In this document: in pieces, positions 62,119 to 64,000 of the stretch | Layout of the letters: every line of letters begins with the position of its first letter | Numbering within the stretch: the stretch's first letter is position 1 | Assembly (NCBI GenBank): GCA_034661055.1 | Contig: JAYEKO010000061.1 | Location: 17,502 to 81,501, forward strand | Direction: 5' to 3' | Source: Campylobacterota bacterium | GTDB taxonomy: Bacteria > Campylobacterota > Campylobacteria > Campylobacterales > Sulfurimonadaceae | Length of the DNA stretch: 64,000 nucleotides | Notes under the pieces: model-generated | Database searches by the model: none | Told to the model about the DNA's origin: nothing | Seen by the model: only the letters and a program-made list of their open reading frames with translations | Position numbers and translations under genes: made by a program

Positions 62119-62452
62119 CTATGCTGCTCTTCTACGCATAAACCAAAATCCTGAAAGTCCAAAGAGTAGCATTAGAGCAAATGTTGCTTCACTGCTCAGT
62201 GGAACCGATACTGCTGCCGGTGGCACCGAAGGGACAATCTGTTTTTGAATCTAGTGCCAACGCGTTACAATAGGTAGCAGCATCAGCCCAGTTATCTTGA
62301 CGAATCTGTCCCAGCAACAGGTTAGGGTCATGGTCCTGCCACTCTAAATTTGTAGCGTTGTCTGTTACCTCCCCCCCCCCATTAAAGTGAGCTTAAATTG
62401 ATGGAGCTATTAACAAATGAATAGTTACAGAAGTGAGTAATGAAAAATAGAG
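62119..62452 (-). pseudogene. Decayed DUF1566 (Lcl-type) surface protein gene with C-terminal sorting tail
   Basis: Signal-peptide relic with in-frame TAA; G10 tract; EVTDNATNLEWQD...NWADAATYCNALALDSKTD (DUF1566 N-half, cut before WRLP); frameshifted tail VSVPLSSEATFALMLLFGLSGFWFMRRRAA*. Confidence 0.75.
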
Positions 62453-62538
62453 TTAAAACCAGTGAAGAGGCAAAGATTATTAAACAGGTTCACAAGCTTA
62501 CAACAGAGAAGTTGCAAGCAGTTTAATGTTATTGCTAA

Positions 62539-63798
62539 TTAGACAATTCTTATCATGACAGGTTTAGCACCTATGAAGTCAAGTGCTTCTAAGATTAGCA
62601 TCACATTTTGCATGTCACGCTCTTTGGCTTGATGGGTTGAAAACAGAAGGTTAGCCTGCTCATTTTGACTTGGACGTTGCAGCATTGTCTCTATTGAAAT
62701 ACTGTGCTCACTAAAGATTTTAGTGATCTTTGCTAAGATTCCTGGTCGGTCTTGCACCGTTAAACGCAGATAGTATTTTGATTCAATCTCATCTCTGTTT
62801 TTAAGTTTTAAAGCACCCTCTAGCGGTTTATCAAATCCTAACATTGGAGCACGTTTACCTGAACGGGCAATATCAATAATGTTCGCAACAACCGCACTTG
62901 CTGTAGCATCTCCACCGGCACCTGGGCCATAGTAGAGTGTCTCACCAACATAATCACCAATAACACTTACACCGTTCATCACACCATCAATTTTGGCGAT
63001 TATCTCAGTCTTTTTAATAAGACAGGCGTGAACACGTAGTTCAACTTCATCACCAGAACGTGCTGCAATTCCTAAAAGTTTAATACTGTAACCAAATTCT
63101 TTAGCAAAAGCGATATCATCTTGAGTGACATTTTCTATTCCCTCAATTAAGATATCTTCAGGTTTAGCATCAATCCCATAAGCGATTGAAGCGAGAATTA
63201 AAAGCTTATGCGCCGCATCAAATCCACCAATATCAAACGTAGGATCAGCTTCGGCATAACCAAGCTCTTGAGACTCTTTTAAGATGGCATCAAACGCGAC
63301 ACCCTCGTCCATCATCTTGGTGAGCATGTAATTACATGTACCGTTCATAATACCTTGGATTGACTCAATATGATTAGCAGATAGCCCATCACGAAGGGCA
63401 TTAATAATAGGAATTCCACCTGCTACCGATGCCTCATACTCAAATGCCAAATCTTTAGCAATATCTTGTAGCTCATAACGGTGATAGGCCAGAAGTGCTT
63501 TATTGGCAGTTACTACCGCTTTTCCATTTTTAAGTGCCTGTTTCACTACTTCAAACGGCTCTTCAACACCACCCATTAACTCAACGACAATATCGATTTC
63601 AGGATCATTGACAACATCATCAGGATTATCTGTTAGTGTAATGTTTAAGCCGCGGTCTTTTGAGAGGTTTTTTACTACACCGCTTTTTACATGTATTTTT
63701 TCACCGGAGCGTGCCGTAATCATCTCTTGATTATCTGTTAAAATTTTAACGACACTAGAACCTACAACACCGACTCCTATAACACCAACATTAATCAT
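62539..63798 (-). CDS. hom: Homoserine dehydrogenase (start MINVGVIG)
   Basis: GVGVVG, VVTANKALL, EASVAGGIP, NGTCNY, GYAEADPTFDI, C-terminal ACT domain. Confidence 0.98.
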   Translation of the reverse strand: MINVGVIGVGVVGSSVVKILTDNQEMITARSGEKIHVKSGVVKNLSKDRGLNITLTDNPDDVVNDPEIDIVVELMGGVEEPFEVVKQALKNGKAVVTANKALLAYHRYELQDIAKDLAFEYEASVAGGIPIINALRDGLSANHIESIQGIMNGTCNYMLTKMMDEGVAFDAILKESQELGYAEADPTFDIGGFDAAHKLLILASIAYGIDAKPEDILIEGIENVTQDDIAFAKEFGYSIKLLGIAARSGDEVELRVHACLIKKTEIIAKIDGVMNGVSVIGDYVGETLYYGPGAGGDATASAVVANIIDIARSGKRAPMLGFDKPLEGALKLKNRDEIESKYYLRLTVQDRPGILAKITKIFSEHSISIETMLQRPSQNEQANLLFSTHQAKERDMQNVMLILEALDFIGAKPVMIRIV

Positions 63799-63799
63799 T

Positions 63800-64000
63800 T
63801 TATGCTTCCTCACTACTAAATTGCTGTAAAAAACGTTTAATGTTTTTAGCCGCTTGACGAATACGCTGATCATTTTCAATTAAAGCAATACGCACATATC
63901 CTTCTCCATAATCACCAAAACCAATACCTGGCGCTACAGCAACTTGAGCTTCTACAAGTAAGCGCTTAGAAAACTCTAATGAACCCAAGTGTGAAGCACA
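63800..64000 (-). CDS. C-terminus of a class I PLP aminotransferase (LL-diaminopimelate aminotransferase-like; runs off window end)
   Basis: [29 protein letters not shown]; this gene precedes hom in Campylobacterota. Confidence 0.8.
   Translation of the reverse strand, partial: CASHLGSLEFSKRLLVEAQVAVAPGIGFGDYGEGYVRIALIENDQRIRQAAKNIKRFLQQFSSEEA

Noticed and set aside
62188..62233. GC-rich stretch first read as a degenerate REP element
   Set aside because: Better explained as the Pro/Ala linker and VPLS codons of the sorting tail.
62119..62452. Diversity-generating retroelement suggested by DUF1566
   Set aside because: No reverse transcriptase and no template/variable repeat pair in the window; the domain's C-terminal half is deleted.
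60900..62500. Integron cassette array (TA modules plus gene relics)
   Set aside because: No integrase and no recognisable attC-like repeats between the modules.

Overview
AT-rich chromosomal segment of a Campylobacterota (epsilonproteobacterial) genome. Gene order and protein sequences look Sulfurimonas-like; this is inferred, not database-checked. The backbone is housekeeping: alaS (partial), ftsW-murG-dedA, sigma54-driven flgB-flgC-fliE-ftsI, panC, prfB, the tRNA(Thr,Tyr,Gly,Thr)-tuf-rpmG-tRNA(Trp)-secE-nusG-rplKAJL-rpoBC-rpsLG-fusA cluster, panD-ybaB-ispA-tkt, murE, the rpmJ-rpsMKD-rpoA-rplQ operon and hom. Accessory parts are two c-di-GMP enzymes, two toxin-antitoxin clusters with decayed gene remnants, glutaminase, and a 10-kb four-gene surface-protein operon (papain-type protease lipoprotein, SPOR-beta-barrel protein, giant cadherin/acidic-repeat protein, small lipoprotein). 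Three signals are not explained by the gene calls. (1) The palindrome TTTACATGTAAA is strongly over-represented: 11 exact copies and about 33 TACATGTA cores counted by eye, inside genes and doubled at gene ends, resembling HIP1 or DNA-uptake sequences. (2) A ~68-bp two-hairpin element with compensatory changes occurs three times in the ribosomal super-operon. (3) Two relic C-terminal membrane-anchor/RRR sorting tails are interleaved with TA modules upstream of the rpmJ operon.
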